From: an uncultured Verrucomicrobiae bacterium
GTDB lineage: Bacteria; Verrucomicrobiota; Verrucomicrobiia; Limisphaerales; Palsa-1400
DNA length: 64,000 bases
NCBI GenBank assembly: GCA_963702845.1
Contig: OY969763.1
Location: 4,544,001-4,608,000 of the forward strand
Direction of reading: 5' to 3'
The position numbers and the translations under genes are program-made. Positions 38,593 through 49,195 of the stretch are shown piece after piece. The notes under the pieces are model-generated. The model was not told the origin of the DNA. It saw nothing but the letters and a program-made list of their open reading frames with translations, and did not search any database. Within the stretch, counting starts at the first letter, position 1, and each line of letters begins with the position of its first letter.

Positions 38593-39910
38593 ATGAATAG
38601 AACTACCCACCTCAAACTGTTCCTCATGATGGTTCTCGAGTTTTTCATCTGGGGTGCGTGGTTGCCGTTGATTTTCGGTTATCTGCCAAGCCTCGGTTTC
38701 GCGCCGTGGCAACAATCGATGATTTTGAACGCGTTCCCGGTCGCGGCCATCGTCGGAATGTTCTTCAGTAATCAATTTGCCGATCGCACTTTTGCGGCGG
38801 AGAAATTTTTGGCGTTCAGCCATTTGATCGGCGGCGTGGCGATGATCGGATTGGCGTTCACGCACGATTTTTGGATGTTCTTTTTCTTGATGCTCGTGCA
38901 CTGCCTGTTTTACGTGCCGACGATTTCGATCACCAACTCGATTGCGTTCACGCACATGCAGGATGCGAAAAAGGAATTTGGCATCGTGCGCATGGGTGGA
39001 ACGATCGGTTGGATTCTCGCGGCGTGGCCGTTCACGTTCATTCTCGTCGATTGGGATAAGGTGCACGCGGCCAACCCGTCGGGTGTGGTAAACTGGATCG
39101 GCGCAGTGCTGGGCAATGGATTGAGTGGAGCGGCGCTGCAGAATGCGACTCGTTACACTTATGTTGTCGCCGGCGGCGCTTCGTTGCTGCTCGCGGCGTT
39201 CAGCCTCTTTCTGCCTCACACGCCGCCGAAGAAAGCGGTTGCGACCCAAAACAAACTCGCGTGGCTCGAAGCATGCCGTTTGCTCAAGCACCCGTTCGTC
39301 CTGGTGCTCTGGCTGGTAACGTTCATTGATTCGTTCGTGCACAATTGCTTCTTTAGCTGGACGGGCATGTTCCTTGGCAGCAAAGCGGTCGGAATTCCGG
39401 GCAACTGGATCATGCCGGTGATGAGCATTGGACAGATTGCGGAAATCTCCACGATGGCCATTCTCGGCATCACTCTGAAAAAGCTCGGCTGGCGCACGAC
39501 GATGGTGTTCGGCATTTTCGGTCACGCCGCGCGTTTTGCGGTGTTCGCGTTTATGCCGCAATACCAAGGGTTGATTATCGCCGTGCAACATTCTGCACGG
39601 CATCTGTTACGCGTTCTTCTTCGCGACGGTTTATATTTTCGTCGACGAATATTTTCCGAAAGACGTTCGCGCGAGTGCGCAAGGTTTGTTCAACGTCATG
39701 ATTCTCGGCATCGGCGCGCTGGTCGCCTTTTCCGTTTGTCCGAAAGTGTTCGAGATGTTCACGAAAGATGGCGTGACGAATTTCCGTGCGTTGTTCCTCG
39801 TCCCCTGCGGCGCGGCCGTTTTCGCAGCGATCTCGTTGGCGTTGTTCTTCCATCCGCCGAAAATTGCTCAAGCCAAGACGCAACGCACCGGCGCTACAGT
39901 CGCCAGCTAA
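38593..39910 (+). CDS. MFS nucleoside:H+ symporter family permease (one extra base near 39587)
   Basis: LEFFIWGAW, RMGGTIGWI, MSIGQIAE; ILHGICYAFFFATVYIFVD...RASAQG continues in the shifted frame to TAA 39910. Confidence 0.9.
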
Positions 39911-39919
39911 AGGAAACCT

Positions 39920-40705
39920 GTGGAAGTCATTATTCGTCCGGACGAAAACGCGGCGGCCTTGCTCGTCGCGCGCATGGTTGCCAAAGAAATCCGCGCCAAT
40001 CCTTCCATCGTTCTCGGCCTGGCAACCGGCCGCACGATGGAAGCGGTTTACAATTTGCTCGTGGAAATGCACGAGAAGGAAGCTCTGGATTTTTCCCTTT
40101 GTCGCACCTTCAACCTCGATGAATACGTCGGTCTTGGCGCAGAGGATCCCGGTTCGTATCGCTATTACATGAACGATCATTTGTTCGATCATGTGAATAT
40201 CGACCCGCGCAACACGCATTTGCCGGACGGGAAAGCGACCGACCTCGATAAGGAATGCGAACGTTACGAGCAGACGATCGAACGTTGTGGGAAAATTGAC
40301 CTGCAACTGTTGGGCGTCGGCAAGGCGGGCCACATTGGTTTCAACGAGCCACTTTCGGCCCTGCGCTCGCGCACGCGGGTGAAAGCGCTCACACCGACTA
40401 CGCGCGAACAGAACGCGACGATGTTCGGTGGACCTGATAAAGTTCCGCGACGCGCCATCACCATGGGTGTGGGAACGATTCTCGAATGTCGCAAATGTAT
40501 TCTCATGGCGACCGGAAACAGCAAAGCCGAGATCATTGCCAAGTCGGTCGAAGGACCGATCACGTCGATGATTTCGGCGACGGCTTTGCAACTGCACCGC
40601 AAGTGTACCGTTGTCGTGGACGAGGATGCCGCGAGCAAACTGGCCGCGACGGACTACTACCGCTGGATCTTCGATAACGAGCCGGAATGGCAGGAATACC
40701 AGTAA
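39920..40705 (+). CDS. nagB: Glucosamine-6-phosphate deaminase
   Basis: VLGLATG, TFNLDEYVGL, GHIGFNEP, AITMGVGTI, EGPIT. Confidence 0.96.
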   Translation: MEVIIRPDENAAALLVARMVAKEIRANPSIVLGLATGRTMEAVYNLLVEMHEKEALDFSLCRTFNLDEYVGLGAEDPGSYRYYMNDHLFDHVNIDPRNTHLPDGKATDLDKECERYEQTIERCGKIDLQLLGVGKAGHIGFNEPLSALRSRTRVKALTPTTREQNATMFGGPDKVPRRAITMGVGTILECRKCILMATGNSKAEIIAKSVEGPITSMISATALQLHRKCTVVVDEDAASKLAATDYYRWIFDNEPEWQEYQ

Positions 40706-40958
40706 GCCACTGAGGCATCTCGTCGCAAATTCGCGCAAAACTGCGGGATTCTCATCCAAAGCTGTATATCCGACTTCAGGCGTGCCCTGATTGTCTCGTA
40801 ACGGATTTAAGGTAAGTTTCTTACAGATACGACTGCTGCCGGAAAAGTGTCCAAAAAATGGAGACTGTATCACAAAAACTGGGTGGTTTGTCTCAGGTTT
40901 TGATGGTTTGCTGGTTGGTATGCCCGAGAAACAGCACAACTCCTCCTCAATGCGCGAA

Positions 40959-40974
40959 TGGAACGAACCATGCT
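40959..40974 (+). promoter_or_regulatory. Putative sigma54 promoter
   Basis: TGGAACGAACCATGCT = GG-N10-GC. Confidence 0.55.
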
Positions 40975-41020
40975 CTAAAAGCTTTGCTCACGGGCACCTG
41001 CCCGGAGCGGAGGATGCGAT

Positions 41021-41230
41021 ATGAGAAATTCTGAAAATTCGATTCCGTCACCATTCAACAGACGTCACCAATCCAAATTGGAGGTGCGGTTGAATCGGTC
41101 GCTGCAGTATCGCTCCGCGCACAAGGACGAAGCGCCGAGCGCGCAGATTCCGGACGAGACGTCGGAAAAGTATTTCCATCCCGAACGGCAGGGACTCTTT
41201 TGCGATGCGCCACTCGGTTTAAAGTACTGA
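41021..41230 (+). CDS. Small 69-aa hypothetical protein
   Basis: GGAGGA RBS at 41009-41014, ATG 41021, sigma54-like promoter upstream. Confidence 0.6.
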   Translation: MRNSENSIPSPFNRRHQSKLEVRLNRSLQYRSAHKDEAPSAQIPDETSEKYFHPERQGLFCDAPLGLKY

Positions 41231-41267
41231 GCTTCGCCAGAATGCTTTAGGATCGTTAAAGCTGTGT

Positions 41268-44200
41268 TCACGCAGCGAGGATTACTCGTTTGATTTCACC
41301 CAGGCGCGCGGTGGCAGTTGTTTTAGTTAGCCTCGGGAATTTTCCACCGACCATCACGTAATCGTTTTTGCGCGTCAGCATCAACTTGTCACCTTGGGTT
41401 TCGATCACGCCGAAATCGCGCTCGGCGGCCAACACTTTGAGTTCGCTAACTTTCAGCAATAGTTCGACTTCATCCGGCAACGGGCCGAAGCGATCGCGCA
41501 ACTCTTGTTTCAATTCGCGCAAGCCGGTTTGATCGGTGATCTGGGCGAGCTTGCGATAGATGTCGATGCGATGTTGAGATTCGCTCACGTACTTCAACGG
41601 AATGAACGCGCCGGTTTTTTGCAGTTTCTTTGCTTCGGGTTCTTTTTCTTCGCGGTGCGCGTACGTGCCAACATCGCGTGGGATGTTGATTTCGAAATCT
41701 GCCTTTGAACGCACGGTGTGCGAAATCGCTTGTTCACGCGCGCGGTTCTGTTGGACCAGGTCGTCGGCGCTCATGGCGAGGAAGTCCAAACGAACCTGCA
41801 CCTGGACACGTTGCTGGACTTTTTCGCCCTTCAACGAGCTGACGCTTTGTTTGAGAAGTTGGCAATACAACTCGAAACCAACAGCGGTGATGTGGCCGCT
41901 TTGTTGATGGCCTAAAAGATTTCCTGCGCCACGAATTTCGAGATCGCGCATGGCAATTTTGAAGCCGCTGCCGAGGGTCGAATATTGTTTGATGGCGCTG
42001 ATGCGTTTGCGGGCGTCGCTCAGGAGGCCGGCGTGGCGCGGCAAAAGCAGATACGCGTAGGCCTGGTGTTTGTAGCGGCCGACGCGGCCGCGGAGTTGAT
42101 AGAGATCGCTCAGGCCAAACCGGTCGGCGCGATCGATGATGATCGTGTTGGCGTTGGGAATATCGAGACCGCTTTCGATGATCGTGGTGGACAGGAGGAC
42201 GTCGGTTTCGCCATTCACGAATTTCGTCATTACGCCTTCCAGTTCGTCCGCATCCATCTGGCCATGGCCGACGCCGAAACGCGCGTTCGGAATGAGCTTT
42301 TGCAAACGTTGCGCAACGGCGTCGATATCGAGCACGCGATTGTGCAAATAGAAAACCTGCCCGCCGCGATTGAGTTCGCGCTGGATGGCGTCGCGGATGA
42401 TGCGCTCGTCGTATTGAGTGACGATGGTTTCAACCGGCAGACGATCTTGCGGCGGCGTTTCGATCGTGCTCATGTCGCGCGCGCCGGCCAGAGCGAGATA
42501 GAGGGTGCGCGGAATTGGTGTGGCGCTGAGGGTCAGGACATCAACGAGCGTGCGGAGGCGCTTAAATTTTTCTTTGTGCAACACGCCGAAGCGTTGCTCT
42601 TCATCGATTACAACAAGACCGAGGTCTTTGAAGACAATGTCCTTTTGCAACAGGCGATGAGTCCCGATCACGATGTCCACTGAGCCAGCAGCAATGTCTT
42701 TAATGGTTTGCTCCTGTTGGCGACGTGAGCGGTAGCGGGACAGCAAATCTATTCGCACGGGATAATCGGCCATGCGCTCGCGAAAACTATTGAAGTGTTG
42801 TTGTGCGAGAACGGTCGTTGGAACAAGGATGGCGACTTGTTTGCCGCTGAGCGCGGATTTGAAAGCGGTGCGAATCGCGACTTCGGTTTTGCCGTAGCCG
42901 ACATCGCCGCAGATGAGACGGTCCATCGGTTTCGGCGCTTCCATGTCTTTTTTGGCCGCGATGATCGCGCGCATCTGGTCGGGCGTTTCTTCGTAGATGA
43001 AGCTGTTTTCGAATTCGAGTTGCCAACCCTTATCGGGCGGGAACGCATGGCCTAGCTGCGACGCACGCGCGGCTTGAATCTGGAGCATCTCAGCCGCGAC
43101 ATCGCGAACCGCAAGCACAGCCTGCGCTTTTGTTTTAGCCCAACGAGCGCCGCCGAGTGTGTTCAACGGCGGACGCACTTTGCCGGCGCCGACATACTTA
43201 CTGACCAGATGCGCTTCGTTGACCGGGACGTAAAGTTTCGGCGCTGGATTATCCGCATCGCTCGCGGCGTATTCGATGACCAGACATTCTTCGCCGGGTT
43301 CATTTAGCTCAGTGATTTTGTCGGTGGTTTTTTGGCCCTGAGCTTTCGGGACGAGTTGCAGGCCCCTGTAGCGACCGATGCCATGTTGCAAATGGACGAC
43401 GTAATCGCCTTCCTGCAACTCACTGAAATTGATGTCGAGGAGCGATTTGCTCGTTTGTGCGTGCGGCGACTTCAGGCGGCGCGGACGTTGGACTTTGTAA
43501 CGACCGAAAATCTCCGCATCAGTGACAACGACAACCTTGGCCGGTTCGAAAAGAAAACCGCGCGAGAGTGTGCCAATGTGGACGTGCAAGGTGCCGGTAT
43601 TGCCAAAACCGTATTCCCACCAAATTTCCTCGAAGCGCTGGCGTTCACCATCGTTGTTGCAAAACACGTGAACAACGTAGTTCTGTCGCGACCAACGATG
43701 CAGTTGCGAGAAGAACTCCTTGCGCTGAGCTTCGGCGATGTGCGGTTCGGGCGCGCGGTCACCGATTGGACGAAATACTTCGAGGCTCTGGAAGCGAACT
43801 TCTTCTTTCGGCTCGAAATTGAAGTCGTTAGAGAGTTCGGGGAGCGCCTGCATTTGGCTCAACGAAACTTGAGCGAGTTTGCGTAGCGAAAGTTCGTTTT
43901 GAAAATCGTCCCACGAAATATAAAACGGATCGTTATCGGGCACTTGCGCCGCGTAGCGTTCGGCGTGTTCATTGATCGACTCGGGATCGCAGATCACAAA
44001 AATGGCGTTGCTCGGCAGATAATCGAGCAGGCAGGCGAGCTTGGATTGGTTTTGTTTTAAAATTCCCAGTTCACCGCCCGGTGGCACCAGCACGTCCTGA
44101 ATCTCCTGATTGGAAATCTGTGTGATGGGATCGAAATAACGCAACGATTCGAGTTCATTGCCGAAAAATTCCAAGCGCACGGGCCATGGACTAGTCAGCG

Positions 44201-44936
44201 GCCAAAGATCAATGATGCCACCGCGCAGGCTGTGCGTGCCTTTTTGTGTAACCTGCGTTTCGGGTTCGTAGCCTTGTAATTCCAACCACTCGATCAAGTC
44301 GAGCATTTCAATTTGCTCACCACGTTTGATGCGGCGGGTGCGTTGGCGCAGCTCGTCCGCGGCAAAGGTGCGCTGCATCAACGCGACGACGTTCGTGACG
44401 ATCAGCGACCGTTTGGTATTGGTTAACGCCGCCAATGTTTCGAGGCGTTCGCTGATCACATCGGCGTGGGGCAAACGTGATTCGTGAGGCAAAACTTCCC
44501 AGGCGGGGAAGAATAAGGGTCGAGGGCCGAGGGTCGAAGGTCGAAGGCTAGAGTCTTCTGTCGGCTCTCGACTTTCGGCCTTCGACTCTCGACCTTGTCC
44601 CCACCACGTCTCCAAATCCTGCTGGACGACTTCCTGACGTTTGAGGCCGTCGGTAACTACGACGATAGTGCGTTGGGGAAATAAGTGAGCAAGCAACGCA
44701 GCGACAGCAGGCTGACCTCCATCGCTGACGTCGGGAAGAGACAAGACTTCTCCCGACTCCACACGCCGAACCAGGGACTGGACAGCGAGAGTTGACGATA
44801 AGACCGGCAACAAAGCGCCGGTCTGCTGCGACCGGCTATTTTCCACTACGAACAAATGTGCCGCACGCAAGGGAACGGTCAAGCGCGCTTCCTTGAGATG
44901 TACCGAAGGTGTTGCGAGGTCGGTGTTATCCATCAA
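41268..44936 (-). CDS. mfd: Transcription-repair coupling factor (true start may be ~40 codons downstream)
   Basis: [55 protein letters not shown]. Confidence 0.97.
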   Translation of the reverse strand: MMDNTDLATPSVHLKEARLTVPLRAAHLFVVENSRSQQTGALLPVLSSTLAVQSLVRRVESGEVLSLPDVSDGGQPAVAALLAHLFPQRTIVVVTDGLKRQEVVQQDLETWWGQGRESKAESREPTEDSSLRPSTLGPRPLFFPAWEVLPHESRLPHADVISERLETLAALTNTKRSLIVTNVVALMQRTFAADELRQRTRRIKRGEQIEMLDLIEWLELQGYEPETQVTQKGTHSLRGGIIDLWPLTSPWPVRLEFFGNELESLRYFDPITQISNQEIQDVLVPPGGELGILKQNQSKLACLLDYLPSNAIFVICDPESINEHAERYAAQVPDNDPFYISWDDFQNELSLRKLAQVSLSQMQALPELSNDFNFEPKEEVRFQSLEVFRPIGDRAPEPHIAEAQRKEFFSQLHRWSRQNYVVHVFCNNDGERQRFEEIWWEYGFGNTGTLHVHIGTLSRGFLFEPAKVVVVTDAEIFGRYKVQRPRRLKSPHAQTSKSLLDINFSELQEGDYVVHLQHGIGRYRGLQLVPKAQGQKTTDKITELNEPGEECLVIEYAASDADNPAPKLYVPVNEAHLVSKYVGAGKVRPPLNTLGGARWAKTKAQAVLAVRDVAAEMLQIQAARASQLGHAFPPDKGWQLEFENSFIYEETPDQMRAIIAAKKDMEAPKPMDRLICGDVGYGKTEVAIRTAFKSALSGKQVAILVPTTVLAQQHFNSFRERMADYPVRIDLLSRYRSRRQQEQTIKDIAAGSVDIVIGTHRLLQKDIVFKDLGLVVIDEEQRFGVLHKEKFKRLRTLVDVLTLSATPIPRTLYLALAGARDMSTIETPPQDRLPVETIVTQYDERIIRDAIQRELNRGGQVFYLHNRVLDIDAVAQRLQKLIPNARFGVGHGQMDADELEGVMTKFVNGETDVLLSTTIIESGLDIPNANTIIIDRADRFGLSDLYQLRGRVGRYKHQAYAYLLLPRHAGLLSDARKRISAIKQYSTLGSGFKIAMRDLEIRGAGNLLGHQQSGHITAVGFELYCQLLKQSVSSLKGEKVQQRVQVQVRLDFLAMSADDLVQQNRAREQAISHTVRSKADFEINIPRDVGTYAHREEKEPEAKKLQKTGAFIPLKYVSESQHRIDIYRKLAQITDQTGLRELKQELRDRFGPLPDEVELLLKVSELKVLAAERDFGVIETQGDKLMLTRKNDYVMVGGKFPRLTKTTATARLGEIKRVILAA
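44516..44596. repeat. Heptamer-repeat hairpin inserted in frame in mfd
   Basis: AGGGTCG AGGGCCG AGGGTCG AAGGTCG AAGGCTA, then inverted arm whose reverse complement is AAGGTCG AGAGTCG AAGGCCG AAAGTCG AGAGCC; 81 bp. Confidence 0.85.
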
Positions 44937-45153
44937 AATTTTTCGTTGAAGGTCTATCTAGGTGTATTTAGGTGTATCGCGCTGTTGCTCGCCCGGGCAC
45001 ACCCCGAATGTTTGCGATGGTTCAGAGAATTCGCATTGGCGCGGCATATCTTTAATGTTTTCGATAAAGTGTCAGCGCAGTCACTTGGACAAAGGCTGTC
45101 CAAGTGAAAATTTATTATTCGCGACTGAAACGGTTCGTGATTAAGTGTTTGGC

Positions 45154-45853
45154 ATGGCGAATCCCATAATTGTCGCGTTGGATGTTTCCGCGGAGCGTGC
45201 GAATCAACTGGTGCAAGAGCTCGCGACCGTGGTGGGGGCGTTCAAGATTGGCAGCACGCTCTTCACCAGCGCGGGGCCGGATTTTGTGCGGAAGGTGCGC
45301 GCGACCGGGGCTTCGGTTTTTCTCGATTTAAAATTTCATGACATTCCAAACACAGTGGCGGGCGCAGTCGCTTCAGCGACAACTTTGGATGTGCAGATGA
45401 TCACGATCCATACGTGCGGTGGAGTCGAGATGATGAAGGCAGCGGAAGATGCAGTGCAAAAAACAGCGCGCGAATTGAATCGCCCTGCCCCGTTGATTTT
45501 GGGAGTCACGGTTTTGACGAGCATGGATGATCGCTCGTTGCACGAGGTTGGAGTGCCGCTTTCGGCGGAGGATCAAGTTTTGCATCTCGCTGGATTAGCA
45601 ATGAAGAGCGGGCTGCGCGGTTTGGTCTGTTCACCTTTGGAAGTGTCAAAGCTTCGGTCAGTGATTCCGAAAATCGATGCAGCTCGTTACGCCAGGGATC
45701 CGCCTCGGTGACGAAAAGGCTGACGATCAGAAGCGCACTTTGTCACCCAAGGAAGCGTTGGGCGCAGGCGCAAACTGGCTGGTGATCGGACGTCCGATTT
45801 ACGCGGCAACAAATCCACGTCAAGCCGCAGAAAAGATTTTGCAAACGCTTTAA
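45154..45853 (+). CDS. pyrF: Orotidine-5'-phosphate decarboxylase (one extra A near 45671)
   Basis: IIVALD, FLDLKFHDIPNTV, GVTVLTS; LVTPGIR...DDQKR...LVIGRPI continues in the shifted frame to TAA 45853. Confidence 0.95.
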
Positions 45854-46029
45854 GAGAGTCGCTTCTCCCAATAAGGCTTCATTGGATGTTTGATTGCCAC
45901 GCTTCAACCTGAGCGAATTGCCTAGGGAAAATACAGCCGGACGCGAATTGTGAAAAACAGAGTTGGCTGGAACGTGGGCTTAGCTCGCGGACTCGACGCC
46001 CGGCATCTTCGGGATCGCCAGCTAAGGGA

Positions 46030-47715
46030 ATGAAAGGACACTCAATGAATAGTAAACGCGCTCTCCTCCCGCTGACCGTGGGAATGCTTTTAACTGTCGC
46101 GACGATTTTCACGCTTGCACAAACCGCACCAGCACCAGCACCTGCGCAACCTGCGGCTCAACCAGCCGGAGCTCAGCCAGCTCCCGCTCAACCTGCAGCT
46201 GCGGCACAACCAGCTGCTGCGCCACAACCAGCCGCGGCACCACAACAACCTGCTACCGCTGCAGAGCCGGCTGGTGCCGCACAACCGGCCGCTGCGGCGG
46301 CCCAAACAAACGCCGCCCCGGCAGCCGCCGCAGCAGCACCACCCGCGCAGGGGGCCCAACGCAGTGCGACCGAACTTGAACAACTCGCTGCGCCCATCGC
46401 GCTTTATCCCGACAAGCTCATCGCCACCATCCTGCCGGCATCCGCTTATCCCCTGGAAGTTGTTGAGGCGGCGCGCTTCGTGAGTGACTCAAACAACGTC
46501 GCAAAAATCGACGAACAACAATGGAGCGCCCAAGTCAAAGAAGTCGCTCGCATTCCTGAAGTCATTACACAAATGGATAAAAACATTGCCTGGACGCGCA
46601 ACCTGGGCGACGCGTTCATCAACCAGCCGAAGGAATTGATGGATGCCATCCAAACGTTGCGTGTAAAGGCCCAGCAGTCTGGCGCTCTTAAAACCACGCC
46701 GCAGCAAACCGTAAACGCCGCCCCGGAAGTCGTTACTAACATTGTCGAGCAACAACCGGTAATCGTGACGAATGAAGTTGTCACGATCGAACCAGCCCAA
46801 CCCGATGTTGTTTACGTTCCTCAATATAATCCGACGGTGGTTTATCCCGACACTCCAGTCGCGTACCCTGGTTACGCGTATCCACCGGCGCCCGCTTACT
46901 ATCCTGGAGCGGCTGTCGCTGGCAGCTTGCTCACGTTCGGAGCCGGCATGGCGGTGGGCGCGGCGGTTTGGGGCAACGATTGCGACTGGGGCGGCGGTGG
47001 TTGTTGGAGTGGCGGGGACGTAAATGTTAACCGCAACGTGAACGTGAATAATGTTAACGGCGCTAACGTTAACCGTGGGAATGTTAACGGCGCCAATATC
47101 AACAACGCCAATCGTCAAAAATGGCAGCCCGATCAAGCCCGCCTCCAAAATTCCGGAGCAAATATGGCGGGCGCTGAGAACCGCGCTGCACGTGGATACG
47201 GCACAGGCCAGGCCGGAGCCAACCGCTCGGAAGCCGTAGCTAATGCCAGCCGCCAAGCAGGAGCGGAACAAAGGGCTGCAGCGGCGCGTAATCCAAGCCA
47301 AGCGGGACAATACGGCGGCGAGCGGGCGCAGGGCGCAGGCCAACAGCGACAAGCAGGTGCCGCGGGCCAGCAAAGACAAGCAGCCGCAGGAGGACAGCAA
47401 AGGCAAACAGGAGCCGCAGCGCAACAGAGGCAGGCAGCAGGCGGAGGACAACAGGGACAAGCGCGCCAACAAGCTGCTAATCGGACCGGCGGTGCTCAGG
47501 CCAGTGGCGCTCAGAAAAGTGCGTTCAGTGGCTCTGGCAACGCAGCTGCCACGCGACAAGCAAGCGCTCGAGGGTCCAGCAGTCGAGCTTCTTCGGCAGG
47601 CGCAGCTGGAGGAGGAGGCGCAGCCCGCAGTGGTGGAGGTGGTGGTGGATCCCGTGGTGGCGGAGGCGGTGGAGGATCCCGTGGCGGCGGCGGAGGAGGA
47701 GGACGCCGTCGTTAA
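46030..47715 (+). CDS. DUF3300 domain secreted protein with low-complexity termini
   Basis: LEQLAAPIALYPD, WTRNLGDAF, IEPAQPDVVYVPQYNPTVVY; paired with DUF2950. Confidence 0.92.
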   Translation: MKGHSMNSKRALLPLTVGMLLTVATIFTLAQTAPAPAPAQPAAQPAGAQPAPAQPAAAAQPAAAPQPAAAPQQPATAAEPAGAAQPAAAAAQTNAAPAAAAAAPPAQGAQRSATELEQLAAPIALYPDKLIATILPASAYPLEVVEAARFVSDSNNVAKIDEQQWSAQVKEVARIPEVITQMDKNIAWTRNLGDAFINQPKELMDAIQTLRVKAQQSGALKTTPQQTVNAAPEVVTNIVEQQPVIVTNEVVTIEPAQPDVVYVPQYNPTVVYPDTPVAYPGYAYPPAPAYYPGAAVAGSLLTFGAGMAVGAAVWGNDCDWGGGGCWSGGDVNVNRNVNVNNVNGANVNRGNVNGANINNANRQKWQPDQARLQNSGANMAGAENRAARGYGTGQAGANRSEAVANASRQAGAEQRAAAARNPSQAGQYGGERAQGAGQQRQAGAAGQQRQAAAGGQQRQTGAAAQQRQAAGGGQQGQARQQAANRTGGAQASGAQKSAFSGSGNAAATRQASARGSSSRASSAGAAGGGGAARSGGGGGGSRGGGGGGGSRGGGGGGGRRR

Positions 47716-47756
47716 AAACGGCCACATCGTATGAAACCTGAGCCAATGGAATTTTT

Positions 47757-48731
47757 ATGAATGCTATCTCTCCTAATTCAAAAGTTATCAATCGTTTCGC
47801 ACTGTCACCGCTGTTGTTAGCGACTGTCCTTTGGGCATCACCAACTATGCACATGAACGGGGCAACAGCCGGCAAGACTTTCGCTTCTCCCGATGACGCT
47901 GTGAGGGCGCTTGCCACAGCGGTGGAGAACCGGGACAGCAACGCGTTAGCAAATATTTTCGGCCCGAACTTCAAGGAAATCGAGTCACCCGATCCCGTTC
48001 AGACAAAAGAAGAGCTCGAGACGCTGAACGAACGCCTCAAGGAAGGAACGCGACTCGAGCGCAATGGCAACAACCAATACACCGTCGATATCGGCCGGGA
48101 TCAGTGGCCCTTTGCCGTTCCGATTGTTCAACAGAGAGGCTCGTGGTTTTTTGACACGGACGCCGGCAAAGAGGAAGTGATCAACCGCCGCATCGGCCGC
48201 AACGAACTCGACGCACTCAAAAGTGTTCGGGCTTATAACGATGCGCAGCGCGCATACGCCAGCAAAGATCGCAACGGCGACCAGGTGCTCCAGTACGCTC
48301 AAAAATTCGTCAGCTCACCGGGAAAGAAAGATGGCCTCTACTGGTCACAGGATCTAGGCGGTGAAGAAAGCCCGCTCGGTCCGCTTTTCGTCCAGGCACA
48401 TGGCGAAGGATATTCCATTAAAAGAACATCCCAAAACGCAAACAGCGGTCAGTCTCGTGAACCGTTCCACGGCTACTACTTCAAGATTCTTAACCGTCAG
48501 GGCAAGAGCGCTCCAGGCGGCGCCTATGACTACATCATCAACGGGCACATGATTGGTGGCTTTGCCCTCGTGGCGTGGCCTGCAGATTACGGCGAGACAG
48601 GTGTCATGACCTTTATCATCAACCAGCAGGGCAAAGTTTATCAAAAGGACCTTGGAAAAAATACCGAATCGATTGCCGAGAAAATGAAAGCCTACGATCC
48701 TGATTCGAGTTGGACGCGTTCACCTGAATAA
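47757..48731 (+). CDS. DUF2950 family protein
   Basis: FASPDDAV, WPFAVPIV, RRIGRNEL, PFHGYYFKIL, GGFALVAWPADYG. Confidence 0.92.
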   Translation: MNAISPNSKVINRFALSPLLLATVLWASPTMHMNGATAGKTFASPDDAVRALATAVENRDSNALANIFGPNFKEIESPDPVQTKEELETLNERLKEGTRLERNGNNQYTVDIGRDQWPFAVPIVQQRGSWFFDTDAGKEEVINRRIGRNELDALKSVRAYNDAQRAYASKDRNGDQVLQYAQKFVSSPGKKDGLYWSQDLGGEESPLGPLFVQAHGEGYSIKRTSQNANSGQSREPFHGYYFKILNRQGKSAPGGAYDYIINGHMIGGFALVAWPADYGETGVMTFIINQQGKVYQKDLGKNTESIAEKMKAYDPDSSWTRSPE

Positions 48732-48777
48732 TCGTTCTGCGGCGAAAAGACATTCTACGAGGTGGGCGGCCTCGGAC

Positions 48778-49176
48778 ATGAGCAAGTTAGACCCAGGAAT
48801 CATCGATTTCGGCACCGGCGAAAAACTGGCGTTTGAGCGCACCCGGCTCGCTTACGAGCGCACCATGATGGCGTGGATCCGAACGGCCACCGCGCTCATC
48901 GCATTTGGCTTCGGCATGTACAAACTCTTTCAAATTATACCGCTCGCGACGGGCTTGAAGCCGGGGCAACACGTGGTCAGCCCTCGCGCGATTGCATTCT
49001 TGCTGGCCTTCCTGGGCGACCTTTCGCTCTTGTTTGCTGCTTTTCAACATCGAATCAACCTTCAACGGATGCGCGCGCTCGGGTTAAGAGTTCCTTATTC
49101 GTTCGCTTCACTCCTCGCCACTTTTTTGGCGATTCTCGGAATTGTCGTGCTGCTGATGGTGCTTCTCCGAATTTAA
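48778..49176 (+). CDS. DUF202 (YidH-like) membrane protein
   Basis: LAYERTMMAWIRTATALIAFGF. Confidence 0.88.
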   Translation: MSKLDPGIIDFGTGEKLAFERTRLAYERTMMAWIRTATALIAFGFGMYKLFQIIPLATGLKPGQHVVSPRAIAFLLAFLGDLSLLFAAFQHRINLQRMRALGLRVPYSFASLLATFLAILGIVVLLMVLLRI

Positions 49177-49195
49177 CAGCACTCGTGATGAAAAC

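Noticed and set aside
39590..40122. C-terminal extension of the 509-aa MFS ORF overlapping nagB
   Set aside because: Out-of-frame read-through caused by the single-base insertion; the real C-terminus ends at 39910
37957..40939. Long minus-strand ORFs of 548 aa and 454 aa
   Set aside because: Antisense to ddpX, the permease and nagB; typical GC-rich shadow frames
45660..45680. Programmed ribosomal frameshift in pyrF (and likewise mreB)
   Set aside because: Only a 4-A run, no canonical slippery heptamer or stimulator, and several unrelated genes show the same kind of indel; error is more parsimonious
45964..45985. Sigma54 promoter upstream of DUF3300 (TGGAACG...TTAGC)
   Set aside because: GG-to-GC spacing is not the required 10 nt
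46489..47727. 412-aa Ser/Thr-rich antisense ORF
   Set aside because: Mirror of the low-complexity DUF3300 gene
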